Below, one piece after another: positions 1-8,631 of a DNA stretch of 35,182 bases. The translations under genes and the position numbers were made by a program. How positions within the stretch are numbered: position 1 is the first letter of the stretch; each line of letters opens with the position of its first letter. This DNA comes from Tepidiformaceae bacterium (GTDB taxonomy: Bacteria; Chloroflexota; Dehalococcoidia; Tepidiformales; Tepidiformaceae), in contig DATCGT010000257.1 of NCBI GenBank assembly GCA_036508775.1, forward strand, positions 1 to 35,182. Direction: 5' to 3'. The notes below the pieces were generated by a model. That model was not told the DNA's origin. It made no database searches and saw only the letters and a program-made list of their open reading frames with translations.

Positions 1-683
1 AGGGGGCGCAGGTACCGATCACCGGACTTGTCCTTGATCTCTTTCGCGAGGTCGATCACGTAGTCGCCGGGATAACCGTCCTTAGGGATGTCAACGTCAC
101 GGTCGAATAGCTGCTGGTAGCGGGCGTACAGCGTGTCACCAAAGGTGTCCGTCTGGGTGCCGGCGTCATTTACATAATATTCGCGGGCAACTTCGTAACC
201 AGCAGCCCCAAGGGCAGATGCGAGGGTGTCACCGATGGCCGCGCCGCGACCGTTGCCCACGTGCAGGGGGCCGGTCGGGTTCGCCGATACGAATTCGATC
301 TGCGCCTTGTGCCCGGCGCCGAGCGTGAGATTGGCGTAACTCGGGCCCGTGCGAATGACGTGCTCGACCTGTTGCTGGACGAATTGCTGCGACAGGCGGA
401 AGTTGAGGAAGCCAGGAGGTGCCACCTGGGTCGGGTCAACCGCGGGGTCGGTCGGCATGTGCCGGGCGATTGTCCGAGCGATTTCGATGGGGGTCTTCAT
501 TGCGGCGCGCGCGAGTCGAAGAGGAAGCGCGCTGGCGAAATCGCCGTTTGCGCCGTCCTTTGGCCGTTCGATCGTGTCTCCCGGGACAGGGAGGTCGGGC
601 AGTTCCCCGGCGGCGACCGCCGCTGTTACTGCCGCTGCAAGCAGCGAGCCGAGATGGGCACGGATATCACGCGTATCGGGCAT
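1..683 (-). CDS. argS: Arginine--tRNA ligase, N-terminal ~227 codons (rest of gene lies beyond the window start)
   Basis: Absent from the ORF track because there is no stop codon in the window. My own reverse-complement translation from the ATG at 683-681 gives MPDTRDIRAHLGSLLAAAVTAAVAAGELPDLPVPGDTIERPKDGANGDFASALPLRLARAAMKTPIEIARTIARHMP...KAQIEFVSANPTGPLHVGNGRGAAIGDTLASALGAAGYEVAREYYVNDAGTQ. The SANPTGPLHVGNGRG block is the class I HIGH region typical of ArgRS, and the N-terminal part looks like the ArgRS add-1 domain. Confidence 0.9.
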   Translation of the reverse strand, partial: MPDTRDIRAHLGSLLAAAVTAAVAAGELPDLPVPGDTIERPKDGANGDFASALPLRLARAAMKTPIEIARTIARHMPTDPAVDPTQVAPPGFLNFRLSQQFVQQQVEHVIRTGPSYANLTLGAGHKAQIEFVSANPTGPLHVGNGRGAAIGDTLASALGAAGYEVAREYYVNDAGTQTDTFGDTLYARYQQLFDRDVDIPKDGYPGDYVIDLAKEIKDKSGDRYLRP

Positions 684-728
684 CGGACGTACAGAGTAGT
701 GGGAACGAGGGGTTTTGCGCGACTCCTG

Positions 729-1256
729 TCAGCGCTGATCGAATGGGAACCCACCGCGGCGGGCAAGGGCGGCCACTTCTTGAGCGGCTTCCTCAGCGTG
801 AGTGATCACGTCAGCGGGGTACGAATACTTCTTCTGGTGAAGTTCAAATTCGTCTGCGTCGAGCAGTTCCACGCAGCCGTTGGGGCGTATCGCGACATCG
901 AGGTCGAGGTCCACGTAGGTCAACTGGCAGCCATCGAAGCGAGGTGGCGTCGTGATGTTGCAGTACCAGAGCGCGAGGTCGCAGCCAGGCCGGGCGAGGC
1001 GAAAGACGTTGTACCAGCGGTCGCGCCAGAAGTAGACGAGCGTGTCGTAGGGGGACCGGAACTCACCGCGGCTCGTGTAGATCGGGGTACGCGCGCGGTA
1101 CCGCGCCTTAATCAGGACTCCGTCATCGGAGATGACCCGAAATGGCTGGATCCAGTGCGCGGCACCGTCGTACTTGTTCGCGCGAAGGAGAATGCGAGAC
1201 CCGGCGACAGCGAGCGGCAGTACCGGGCTTTCCATGTTGGGATGATACACAGGCAT
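729..1256 (-). CDS. DUF402 family protein (FomD/Ntdp-like nucleoside di/triphosphatase fold)
   Basis: 175-aa ORF. The pattern ...YFWRDRWYNVFRL...WYCNITTPP...YVDLDLDVAIRPNG...LLDADEF... matches the DUF402 family by eye. G/C-rich third positions. The start could instead be the internal Met of MESPVL. Confidence 0.7.
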   Translation of the reverse strand: MPVYHPNMESPVLPLAVAGSRILLRANKYDGAAHWIQPFRVISDDGVLIKARYRARTPIYTSRGEFRSPYDTLVYFWRDRWYNVFRLARPGCDLALWYCNITTPPRFDGCQLTYVDLDLDVAIRPNGCVELLDADEFELHQKKYSYPADVITHAEEAAQEVAALARRGGFPFDQR

Positions 1257-1316
1257 ACCCGGCGAAAGCAGAATGCTTACGTGAAGTTAGGACGACTTTA
1301 CGGAGGCGACGCGCCC

Positions 1317-1478
1317 CTAATTGTTGGCGAAAAGGATCCCGGAGATGATTCCTCCGGCGATTGCCGCGAGGCCAAGGACGAGACACAGCGTCACCTGCAA
1401 CGGGCTGAAACGGTCACGCACGTCCTGGTGCGGGGGCGCGACGTTCGGGTCTGTGGCAGTGGCGTGCGCATCAGCCAT
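1317..1478 (-). CDS. Small hypothetical membrane protein (53 aa, one C-terminal TM helix)
   Basis: MADAHATATDPNVAPPHQDVRDRFSPLQVTLCLVLGLAAIAGGIISGILFANN. GGAG lies 7 nt upstream of the ATG at 1478. The ORF track offers a longer 72-aa version starting at 1535, without a good SD. No family recognised. Confidence 0.4.
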   Translation of the reverse strand: MADAHATATDPNVAPPHQDVRDRFSPLQVTLCLVLGLAAIAGGIISGILFANN

Positions 1479-1693
1479 CGGGCAACTCCAGACGTGGTGT
1501 CCCTCTATCTTCGCCCGTTTACCGGCACCGCGCATCTGCCTGATAGGCGCGGAGGGATCACCCAGCCACGGAGCTCCGGCGCCCAGGAACTTGTCATCGA
1601 GGCCATCGACATTCGAAAGACGTATGACACGAGCGGCATCGAGTGTTTCCGTCGCCGAAGCGCTCCAGTTCGAATAGCCTGCCGGGAGCGAAA

Positions 1694-1716
1694 GGGGCTG
1701 ATGTTTCAGCAGCCCA
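1694..1716 (-). terminator. Stem-loop directly after the stop of the 69-aa ORF (weak U-tract)
   Basis: The minus-strand RNA reads GGGCUG-c-UG aaa CA-u-CAGCCC followed by CUUUCGC. It starts about 10 nt after the TAG at 1729-1727. Confidence 0.3.
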
Positions 1717-1726
1717 GGCTAGAACG

Positions 1727-1936
1727 CTAGCTCCCCCTGGCCAACGCCTGGGCGGCATTGATGTCGCGCTCCGCGTCGACGCGGCCGAAGTTGGTCGGGC
1801 TCCCGGTCCTTATTCGGATTCGGTCCCGGCGCACTGCCGCGCGCCACGTAAAGTACTCCTCGCGGAAGAGGGCTTCTGGTCCGGGGTCGGCGACTGCCGG
1901 GCCAGGGAATATGGTGACGACGTAGTTGATTTCCAT
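1727..1936 (-). CDS. Hypothetical protein (69 aa)
   Basis: MEINYVVTIFPGPAVADPGPEALFREEYFTWRAAVRRDRIRIRTGSPTNFGRVDAERDINAAQALARGS. Third positions are mostly G/C. AGGGA lies about 8 nt upstream of the ATG at 1936. The ORF track starts 12 codons earlier, at 1972. No family recognised. Confidence 0.4.
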   Translation of the reverse strand: MEINYVVTIFPGPAVADPGPEALFREEYFTWRAAVRRDRIRIRTGSPTNFGRVDAERDINAAQALARGS

Positions 1937-2041
1937 GATGACGTCCCTGCTTGTGCAATACTTCACAACCACCGTAGCAGTTCACGTCGCGTGAAATACA
2001 CCGAGCCGGTAAATATTCAAGATGGTGATAGGTGGGTAAGG

Positions 2042-2428
2042 TCAGACCCATCGCCAGAGGGTCAAGAGGTACCCATCGGGCCCCATTAACTGGCATTCGC
2101 GGGTGTCATCGACGTCGCAGGGGCCTTCAACGGCGAGACCGCCCAGCCGGAGGCCGCGGGCGTAGGCGTCGTCGACGTCCGCAACCTCGATTCGAATTTC
2201 CGCGCCAATGCCACGGGCAACCCCTTCGTTCCGCAGGGCGTTGTACCAGGGGTGGCCGCGATAGCTGTCTTCATCGTGCAGGACGATCTGCGAGCCGTTG
2301 ATGCTGAGCGAGGCATAGCCGGGATGCAGCTGTTCAACGGTCATGCCGGCGACAACTTCGAGGAAGCGGGCGAGGCCCGCGATATTGGTGGTCCAAAGGG
2401 AAAGTCCGAGGCTCGATCCGTCAGCCAT
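2042..2428 (-). CDS. VOC (glyoxalase/bleomycin-resistance/dioxygenase) family protein
   Basis: 128 aa. It has the size and the beta-alpha-beta-beta-beta style pattern of this family (...FLEVVAGMTVEQ...GYASLSINGSQIVLHDED...GAEIRIEVADVDDAYAR....GPDGYLLTLW). GAGGAA SD lies 5 nt before the ATG. Confidence 0.75.
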   Translation of the reverse strand: MADGSSLGLSLWTTNIAGLARFLEVVAGMTVEQLHPGYASLSINGSQIVLHDEDSYRGHPWYNALRNEGVARGIGAEIRIEVADVDDAYARGLRLGGLAVEGPCDVDDTRECQLMGPDGYLLTLWRWV

Positions 2429-2540
2429 ATCCGTTCCTCAACTGCATCCCTCATGTAACCATCGGTCAAGTGCCAAGGGAACCTATTGTCATAACGATGT
2501 CGCTTGAGCCGAAAGTCGACGACACGGGACCCTTTCTTGT

Positions 2541-2951
2541 TCAAACGGGGCGGAATTTCGGGATGGCAACATCGGAGTGCCGCTCCCATTCGAGACGCAC
2601 GCGCATCCCAACACGGATCTCCTCGTTTCCGACGCCGACGATGTTCGTGGGCAACTGGGGCCCTTCGTCCAACTCGACGATGGTCACGTTGTAGGGGATA
2701 TCGGCGACAAAACCGGGATGGTAGCGCTGATGCATGATGCCGAACGAGCGAACGGTGCCGGTGCCCGCAGCGGCCTCCCAGGTGAATTCCGACGAGAGGC
2801 ATTCGTCGCAGTGCTGGCGTGCGGGGAGTCGGAAGGCGCCGCACCCGCCGCACTTCATCAGCAAGAGTTCGCCACGCATTGCGGCGTCGAAGAAGGGTTG
2901 TGATTGTTCATCTGGCTCGGGGATGGGTTTCGCCGGGGTGTCCTGTGTCAT
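2541..2951 (-). CDS. DUF35 OB-fold/zinc-ribbon protein (partner of thiolase-fold proteins)
   Basis: 136 aa. Rubredoxin-like C-x2-C...C-x2-C (CGGCGAFRLPARQHCDEC) followed by an OB-fold segment (GTVRSF...YNVTIVELDEGPQLPTNIV...GMRVRLEWE). Its ATG overlaps the stop of the upstream thiolase-fold gene (ATGA at 2948-2951). Confidence 0.85.
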   Translation of the reverse strand: MTQDTPAKPIPEPDEQSQPFFDAAMRGELLLMKCGGCGAFRLPARQHCDECLSSEFTWEAAAGTGTVRSFGIMHQRYHPGFVADIPYNVTIVELDEGPQLPTNIVGVGNEEIRVGMRVRLEWERHSDVAIPKFRPV

Positions 2952-4135
2952 GCCTCGCTCCGGTGGGGGCTGAGGACGAGCGCGGCATGGTAGCTGAGGC
3001 TGCCGCCGTTTCCGGTGCAGAGGATGAGGTCGTTCTTCACCTGGCGGTCCGCGCCGGCGCCGCGGCCCTGGATGATGGCCTCACTGAGCGGGGTCATGCC
3101 CCACATGTAATACCCGGAGAGCTCGCCACCACCGGTGTTCGTGGGGAGTGACCCGCCAGGTCCGAGCTTGCCGTCCTCGACGAAGGGGCCGCCTTCGCCT
3201 TTTCTACAAAACCCGTAGTCCTCGAGGGTGACGAGCACTGTGTAGGTGTAGCAGTCGTAGAGTTCACAGACCGTGACGTCCGCGGGACCCACGCCCGCCA
3301 TCGCGAAGGCGGTCTTCGCCGCAATCGCTCCTCCTGTTTCAGTCTCCCAGGTGGTCCCGGCACGCCGTGAATCGCCGGGATGCCCCTGTCCCATCCCCCA
3401 GACGTAGACGGGCGGATTCGGCATGTCGCGGGCGATAGCAGCGGGGCTCACAATTACGGCGACCGCGCCATTGGAGACCAGGCAGCAATCCAACAGGTGG
3501 AGGGGTTCGACGATCCACCGTGAGGCGTGGTAATTCGCGAGGGTGATGGGGTCTCGCATCTGCGCGAGCGGGTTCTTAGTCGCCCAGGCGCGCTGGCCGA
3601 CCGCTATGATGCCAAGCTGCTCCTGTGTGGTCCCGTACAACGCCATATGGCGCCGGGCGGCGAGAGCGTATGGGGTATTGGTGCCGAAATACCCGGAGGC
3701 CGGGTAGAGGCCGCCCATCCCGCGGGGTCGGGACTGGCTCCCAGCGGCGCCCCCATAGGCCGCACCCGCTGAAGTGCCCGCTTTCAATGGCGCATCGGCG
3801 AAGACGCAGACCACGTGTGTGGCCATCCCCGCAGCAATGGCCATTGTGGCGTACTGCACCATCTGGGCAGCGGTCGAACCGGCGCCGTTCATGTGGTTCA
3901 TGAGCCGCAGGTTCTTCATCCCGAGGTAGTTCTGCAGGCCGAGGCCAATACCGTTGCTGATGCCTGCGTTGACCAGGAGGCCGTCGACCTGGAGCTTTTG
4001 GAGGCCGGCATCGGCGATGGCAAGGCGGACGGCGTCGGCCGCGAGTTCAGTTTCGGACTTTCCGAAGACGCGCCCCATGGGGGTCATGCCGAGGCCTGTG
4101 ATGGCGGCGACGCCGCGAAGCGGGTGTCGTGGCAT
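2948..4135 (-). CDS. Thiolase-fold protein of the SCP-x / lipid-transfer (Ltp) type, catalytic fingerprints apparently substituted
   Basis: Thiolase-like pattern throughout (...GVAAITGLGMTPMGR...AVRLAIADAGL...LLDCCLVSNGAVAVIV...VCELYDCYTYTVLVTLEDYGF...NTGGGELS...). I set the start at MPRHPLRG (ATG 4135), with AAGGAAG about 9 nt upstream. The ORF-track start at 4213 adds 26 codons. Confidence 0.85.
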   Translation of the reverse strand: MPRHPLRGVAAITGLGMTPMGRVFGKSETELAADAVRLAIADAGLQKLQVDGLLVNAGISNGIGLGLQNYLGMKNLRLMNHMNGAGSTAAQMVQYATMAIAAGMATHVVCVFADAPLKAGTSAGAAYGGAAGSQSRPRGMGGLYPASGYFGTNTPYALAARRHMALYGTTQEQLGIIAVGQRAWATKNPLAQMRDPITLANYHASRWIVEPLHLLDCCLVSNGAVAVIVSPAAIARDMPNPPVYVWGMGQGHPGDSRRAGTTWETETGGAIAAKTAFAMAGVGPADVTVCELYDCYTYTVLVTLEDYGFCRKGEGGPFVEDGKLGPGGSLPTNTGGGELSGYYMWGMTPLSEAIIQGRGAGADRQVKNDLILCTGNGGSLSYHAALVLSPHRSEA

Positions 4136-4272
4136 TGGTGGCGCTTCCTTACGACGGGATTCTAGCGCAGCCCGGGCGGATCGAGGGAAGCGAGTACCCG
4201 GAAGCGGGAGCATATCCCGGGTGCTATCAACTGGCGGTGGATTGCTGACCCATGAGACTTCACAATTAGAAG

Positions 4273-5298
4273 ATGAGTTACCGCGTCGGGATCATCAACG
4301 TCACCGGGTTCGCGGGCATGGAAGCTGCCCGTTTATTGTGGGGCCATCCCCAGGCACACATCGCTTCGGTGACGGGCCGTTCGCTTGCGGGTCAGAAGCT
4401 CGGAGAAGCGTTTCCGCACCTCGCTTGCTATGAGGACCTGACCATCACCGACGGCATCGAAGGGGAAGTCGACATCGTCTTTTCGGCGATGCCGACGGCA
4501 GCAAGCGCGGCGGCGTGCGAGCCATTCGTTCGCAAAGGGATCCCGGTCATCGATATTGCCGCGGACTTCCGCCTGAAAGACCCGGCTGAGTTCGAGAAGT
4601 GGATGGGACAGCCTCACCCGGCCCCCGACCTGCTGCCGCAGGCTGTCTACGGGCTGCCAGAGCTGAACCGCGCGGCTATCGCCGCATCGAGGCTAATCGC
4701 GAACCCCGGGTGCTACCCCGCTGCGTCCATTCTCGCGATGGCGCCGGCTTTCGCCGCGGGACTTGTCGAGTCCCAACTCATCGTTGACGCGAAGTCCGGC
4801 ATCTCGGGCGCCGGGCGCGCTACAGGCGGCGGGTATTCCTACAGCGACGTGAACGAAGACGTCTCGGCCTACAAGATCGCGAATCACAACCATCAGCCGG
4901 AGATCGCCCAGGAACTGGCGGCTCTGCGCAAGGCTCCCGCGCCGCGGGTGACATTCGTCCCTCACCTGGTCCCAATGACCAGGGGCATCCACGCGACCTG
5001 TTATGCACCGCTGCGGGCGGGCGTTACCGATAGCGATGTCCAGGGTGTCTATCGTGACTTCTATCGCGATGCGCCGTTCACGCGGGTTGTTGACACACCG
5101 CCGCATACGAAGCACACGCAGGGCAACAACATGTGCCTCGTCCATGCGGCGGTGGACTCGCGAAACGGGATGCTGGTCGCGATCGGGGTTCTGGACAACC
5201 TGGTGAAGGGCGCGGCCGGCCAGGCAATCGAGAACATGAACCTGGTGCTGGGGCTGCCACAGACGGCCGGCCTGGACATGCCGGCGATCTACCCGTGA
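4273..5298 (+). CDS. argC: N-acetyl-gamma-glutamyl-phosphate reductase
   Basis: 341 aa. N-terminal Rossmann motif VGIINVTGFAGMEAARLL, active-site NPGCYPAAS, and C-terminal LDNLVKGAAGQAIENMN. Confidence 0.95.
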   Translation: MSYRVGIINVTGFAGMEAARLLWGHPQAHIASVTGRSLAGQKLGEAFPHLACYEDLTITDGIEGEVDIVFSAMPTAASAAACEPFVRKGIPVIDIAADFRLKDPAEFEKWMGQPHPAPDLLPQAVYGLPELNRAAIAASRLIANPGCYPAASILAMAPAFAAGLVESQLIVDAKSGISGAGRATGGGYSYSDVNEDVSAYKIANHNHQPEIAQELAALRKAPAPRVTFVPHLVPMTRGIHATCYAPLRAGVTDSDVQGVYRDFYRDAPFTRVVDTPPHTKHTQGNNMCLVHAAVDSRNGMLVAIGVLDNLVKGAAGQAIENMNLVLGLPQTAGLDMPAIYP

Positions 5299-6497
5299 GC
5301 CTGCCCGACGTCGACCCGGAAGGCCTCGCGACCACGCCGAGAGGATTCAGCGCCGGTGGCGCCTACGCCGGTATCAAGACCTACGGCGAAGGCAAGCTGG
5401 ACGTTGCCCTTCTCGCTTCGGATAGGCCGTGCGCGGTAGCCGGGGTGTTCACGAAAAGCATCATGCACTCCGCCCCTGTCGACCTCGACAAGGATCACCT
5501 CGACGACGGCAAGGGACAGGCGGTCGTGGTGAACAGCGGCGTCGCGAACGCAAGCACTGGATCGCGCGGCATGGATGACGCCCGCACGATGGCGCTCGTC
5601 GCGGCGCGTAAGCTTGGGCTGGACCCGCGAGACGTCTTCGTCTGCAGCACCGGCGTAATCGGTAAGTTCCTGCCGCTGGAGCGCATCGAGAAGGGGATCG
5701 CGGCTGTTGCGCTAACCCCGGAGGGCGGAGAGGACTTCGCCCGGGCGATCATGACGACGGACACGCGGCCGAAGCACGGGGCGGTGCGTTTTGGGCCGTA
5801 CACGCTCGGCGGCTGCTGCAAGGGCTCGGGGATGATCCACCCGAACATGGCCACGATGCTCGCCTTCCTGACAACCGACGCCCCGGTCAACCAGCGCTTC
5901 CTCCAGGATGAGTTGCGCCACGCCGTTGACCGCTCCTTCAACCTGGTGTCGGTCGATGGCGATACGAGTCCCAGTGACACCGTCCTCCTGTTCGCGAATG
6001 GGGCCGCGGGCGGCGAGACCATTCATCGCGGGTCATCCTATGCGGCCGAGTTCAGCGCTGCCCTGGAAGCTCTGACCATCCACCTTGCCAAAGAAGTAGC
6101 ACGGGACGGCGAGGGGGCAACCAGGCTCATCGAGGCATCAGTGACTAACGCTTCGAGCGTCGAAGATGCGCGGAAGCTCGTTCGCCTGCTGACGACTTCA
6201 TACCTGCTGAAGAGCGCCGTCCACGGCGCCGACCCGAACTGGGGCCGGATTGTCGCCGTGCTCGGCCGGGCCGAGGTGCGAGTCCGTGAGGAACTGGTCA
6301 CCGTCGACCTGTGCGGTCACCGCGTCTTCCAGGGCGGCCAGCCGACCGCTTTCAATGAGGCTGTCGTCGCGGAAGCCATGAAGGGTGACACCGTCACTAT
6401 CGCGGTCGACCTCGGGGCGGGCCCGGCCACCGCCACGGGCTGGGGATGCGACCTGACGGCTGAATACGTGTCAATCAACGCGGACTACCACACATGA
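5295..6497 (+). CDS. argJ: Bifunctional ornithine acetyltransferase / N-acetylglutamate synthase
   Basis: GFSAGGAYAGIK..., IMTTDT, and the self-cleavage region PNMATMLAFLTTDA. I set the start at GTG 5295, which overlaps the argC stop (GTGA). The ORF-track start at 5133 lies inside argC and adds an arginine/glycine-rich artefact. Confidence 0.92.
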   Translation: MSLPDVDPEGLATTPRGFSAGGAYAGIKTYGEGKLDVALLASDRPCAVAGVFTKSIMHSAPVDLDKDHLDDGKGQAVVVNSGVANASTGSRGMDDARTMALVAARKLGLDPRDVFVCSTGVIGKFLPLERIEKGIAAVALTPEGGEDFARAIMTTDTRPKHGAVRFGPYTLGGCCKGSGMIHPNMATMLAFLTTDAPVNQRFLQDELRHAVDRSFNLVSVDGDTSPSDTVLLFANGAAGGETIHRGSSYAAEFSAALEALTIHLAKEVARDGEGATRLIEASVTNASSVEDARKLVRLLTTSYLLKSAVHGADPNWGRIVAVLGRAEVRVREELVTVDLCGHRVFQGGQPTAFNEAVVAEAMKGDTVTIAVDLGAGPATATGWGCDLTAEYVSINADYHT

Positions 6498-7258
6498 GCG
6501 GCCCGCTGGTTATCAAGATTGGCGGGAGCACGCTCGGATCGGCGGACTCGGCGTTCCGGGATATCGCGAGTCTGGCAAAGTCCGGACAGGTGCCTATTGT
6601 CGTACACGGCGGAGGAGCGGAAGCGAGCCGCTGGCTCGACCGCATGGGAATCGTCTCTCGGTTTGAACGCGGGCTACGCGTCACCGACGAAAACGTCCTG
6701 CCGGTCGTGGTTGCCGTCTTCGCGGGACTGGTGAACAAGCGCATCGTGGCGGCCATAAACGCTGCCGGTGCGACCGCAGTTGGCCTCTGCGGTGCGGATG
6801 GACGGATCCTGGAGTGCTCGTTGGCGGACCCGGAGCTCGGCTTCGTCGGGGAACCGCGGCGTGTACGGACGGAGGCCATCGTCGCCCTGCGGAGTGCAGG
6901 GATCGTCCCGGTCATCGGACCGATCGGTTTCGTGCCGGGCGAGGCGGCCGACCAGCTGGTAAACGTCAATGCCGACACCGTCGCCGGGAACATCGCCGCC
7001 GGGCTTGCCGCGGAGAGCGTGGTCTTCCTCACCGACGTTGAAGGCGTCCTCGGAGCAGAGGGGACGCTGAGGCCCGCCCTCACGGCTGCTGAGGTTCGTG
7101 CGCTCATCGCTGATGGGACGATCAGCGGCGGTATGATCCCGAAGGTTGAGGCCTGTCTTCACGCAGTATCGCTCGGGGTGCGGGCACAAATCGTCGACGG
7201 GCGCCGTACCGGGGCGCTTTTGACGCGTGTCGGCAGCGGCACAACGTTCAGCGCCTGA
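6494..7258 (+). CDS. argB: Acetylglutamate kinase
   Basis: 254 aa with LVIKIGGS, PIVVHGGG, GLRVTDE and NVNADTVAG motifs. Its ATG overlaps the argJ stop (ATGA). Confidence 0.95.
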   Translation: MSGPLVIKIGGSTLGSADSAFRDIASLAKSGQVPIVVHGGGAEASRWLDRMGIVSRFERGLRVTDENVLPVVVAVFAGLVNKRIVAAINAAGATAVGLCGADGRILECSLADPELGFVGEPRRVRTEAIVALRSAGIVPVIGPIGFVPGEAADQLVNVNADTVAGNIAAGLAAESVVFLTDVEGVLGAEGTLRPALTAAEVRALIADGTISGGMIPKVEACLHAVSLGVRAQIVDGRRTGALLTRVGSGTTFSA

Positions 7259-7363
7259 CTCTGCCGCCAAACACCGCGAACTCACTCGTCGAACGGCCGG
7301 GTATGCGCCTACGATGAGTCCCTTCGACAACAAAGGCATCGCCGCCGAATGGAGCATGAACCA

Positions 7364-8569
7364 ATGACCGCATCCGACTGGATCGCCGAAGAGCACCGCT
7401 ACCTGTTCCAGAACTACGGGCGCCAGCCCGTAGTGATCGAGCGCGGCGAGGGCACGCGTGCCTGGGATGCCGACGGCAAGGAGTACCTCGACTTTGTCGG
7501 TGGGATCGCGGTCAACGTGCTCGGGCATGCGCACCCGGTCGTGGCCGATGCGCTCGCGAAACAGTCGCGGCAGCTGATCCACACGTCGAACCTGTTCTAC
7601 ACCGAGCCGATGATCGAACTCGCGAAGCTTCTCGTGGAGAACTCGTGCCTCGACCGGGTGTTCTTCTGCAACTCGGGCACCGAGGCGATCGAGGCCGCGA
7701 TCAAGCTCGCACGCCGGTGGGGCCACGACACCAGGGACGGCGCCTACGAGATCATCAGCATGAACGACGGCTTCCACGGCCGGACGATCGGCGCGGTGGC
7801 GGCAACGGGAACGGCGCGCTACCGCGAGCCGTTCGAGCCGATGCCGGGCGGCTTCACCCACGTCCCGTGGAATGACCTGGATGCCGTGAAGGCGGCCACC
7901 AACCCTCGCACGGTAGCGGTGCTGCTCGAGCCAATCCAGGGCGAGGGTGGCGTGAACATGCCCGCGCCGGGATTCCTCAAAGGCATTCGAGATTGGTGCG
8001 ACAGCAACAACCTCCTGCTGATCTTCGACGAGATACAGACAGGTGTCGGCCGGACCGGCAGCCTCTGGGCATACCAGCAGGAAGGCGTCGAGCCGGATGT
8101 CATGACCCTGGCGAAGGGTCTCGGCGGGGGGGTGCCGATCGGCGCGATGCTGGCGCGGGAGGCCATTGCCGCTCACCTCGTCCCGGGCGACCACGGGACG
8201 ACCTTCGGCGCGAACCCTCTTGCGACCGCGGCGGGGCTGGCGACAATGCGCTATGTCATCGAGAACGACCTGCCCGGGCAGGCTGCGAAGGCCTCGGAGC
8301 GACTGCTGACCCGGTTGCGATCAATCGAAGACCGGGTGCCGCTGGTTACAGAAGTGCGGGGCAGGGGCCTGTTGCTTGCGGTTGGGCTGTCCAGGGACTG
8401 TTCGGCGGACGTGGTTGTAGCCTGCCGGGAGCGGGGACTGCTGGCAAACAACGTCCGGCCAAATGCGGTGCGGTTCATGCCTCCGCTCAATACGACGGAC
8501 GATGAAATCGACCGGGCATGCGAGATCTTCGAAGAGGCGCTCCTGGCCGTGTCGGCGCCGCCAAAGTAG
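7364..8569 (+). CDS. argD: Acetylornithine aminotransferase (class III PLP aminotransferase)
   Basis: NSGTEAIEAAIKLAR, DEIQTGVGRTGSLWA, and TLAKGLGGG (PLP lysine). GGAG lies 9 nt before ATG 7364. ATG 7349, five codons upstream, is the ORF-track alternative. Confidence 0.9.
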   Translation: MTASDWIAEEHRYLFQNYGRQPVVIERGEGTRAWDADGKEYLDFVGGIAVNVLGHAHPVVADALAKQSRQLIHTSNLFYTEPMIELAKLLVENSCLDRVFFCNSGTEAIEAAIKLARRWGHDTRDGAYEIISMNDGFHGRTIGAVAATGTARYREPFEPMPGGFTHVPWNDLDAVKAATNPRTVAVLLEPIQGEGGVNMPAPGFLKGIRDWCDSNNLLLIFDEIQTGVGRTGSLWAYQQEGVEPDVMTLAKGLGGGVPIGAMLAREAIAAHLVPGDHGTTFGANPLATAAGLATMRYVIENDLPGQAAKASERLLTRLRSIEDRVPLVTEVRGRGLLLAVGLSRDCSADVVVACRERGLLANNVRPNAVRFMPPLNTTDDEIDRACEIFEEALLAVSAPPK

Positions 8570-8631
8570 GCGAGCGGTCCGCTGGATCATGGATCCCGGG
8601 TGATCGATATTGCGGATGAGGTGGCGCAGAC

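Noticed and set aside
261-1730. 489-aa plus-strand ORF spanning the argS/DUF402 region
   Set aside because: It runs antisense to two genes with recognisable family signatures. The product is Arg/Gly/Val-rich and low in complexity, and it crosses intergenic spacers. This is a typical GC-rich antisense artefact.
5133-5294. Extended N-termini offered by the ORF track (argJ from 5133, the 184-aa ORF from 11683, leuS from 13021, the thiolase-like gene from 4213, ppsA from 34297, typA from 25343)
   Set aside because: The extensions overlap upstream genes or spacers, are Arg/Gly/Pro-rich, and lack SD sites. Internal starts match the family N-termini and have SD sequences or stop-start overlaps.
6674-8194. 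506-aa minus-strand ORF antisense to argB/argD
   Set aside because: The opposite strand encodes unmistakable ArgB and ArgD. The product is Arg/Pro/Asp-rich with no motif. Long stop-free antisense frames are expected at this GC content.
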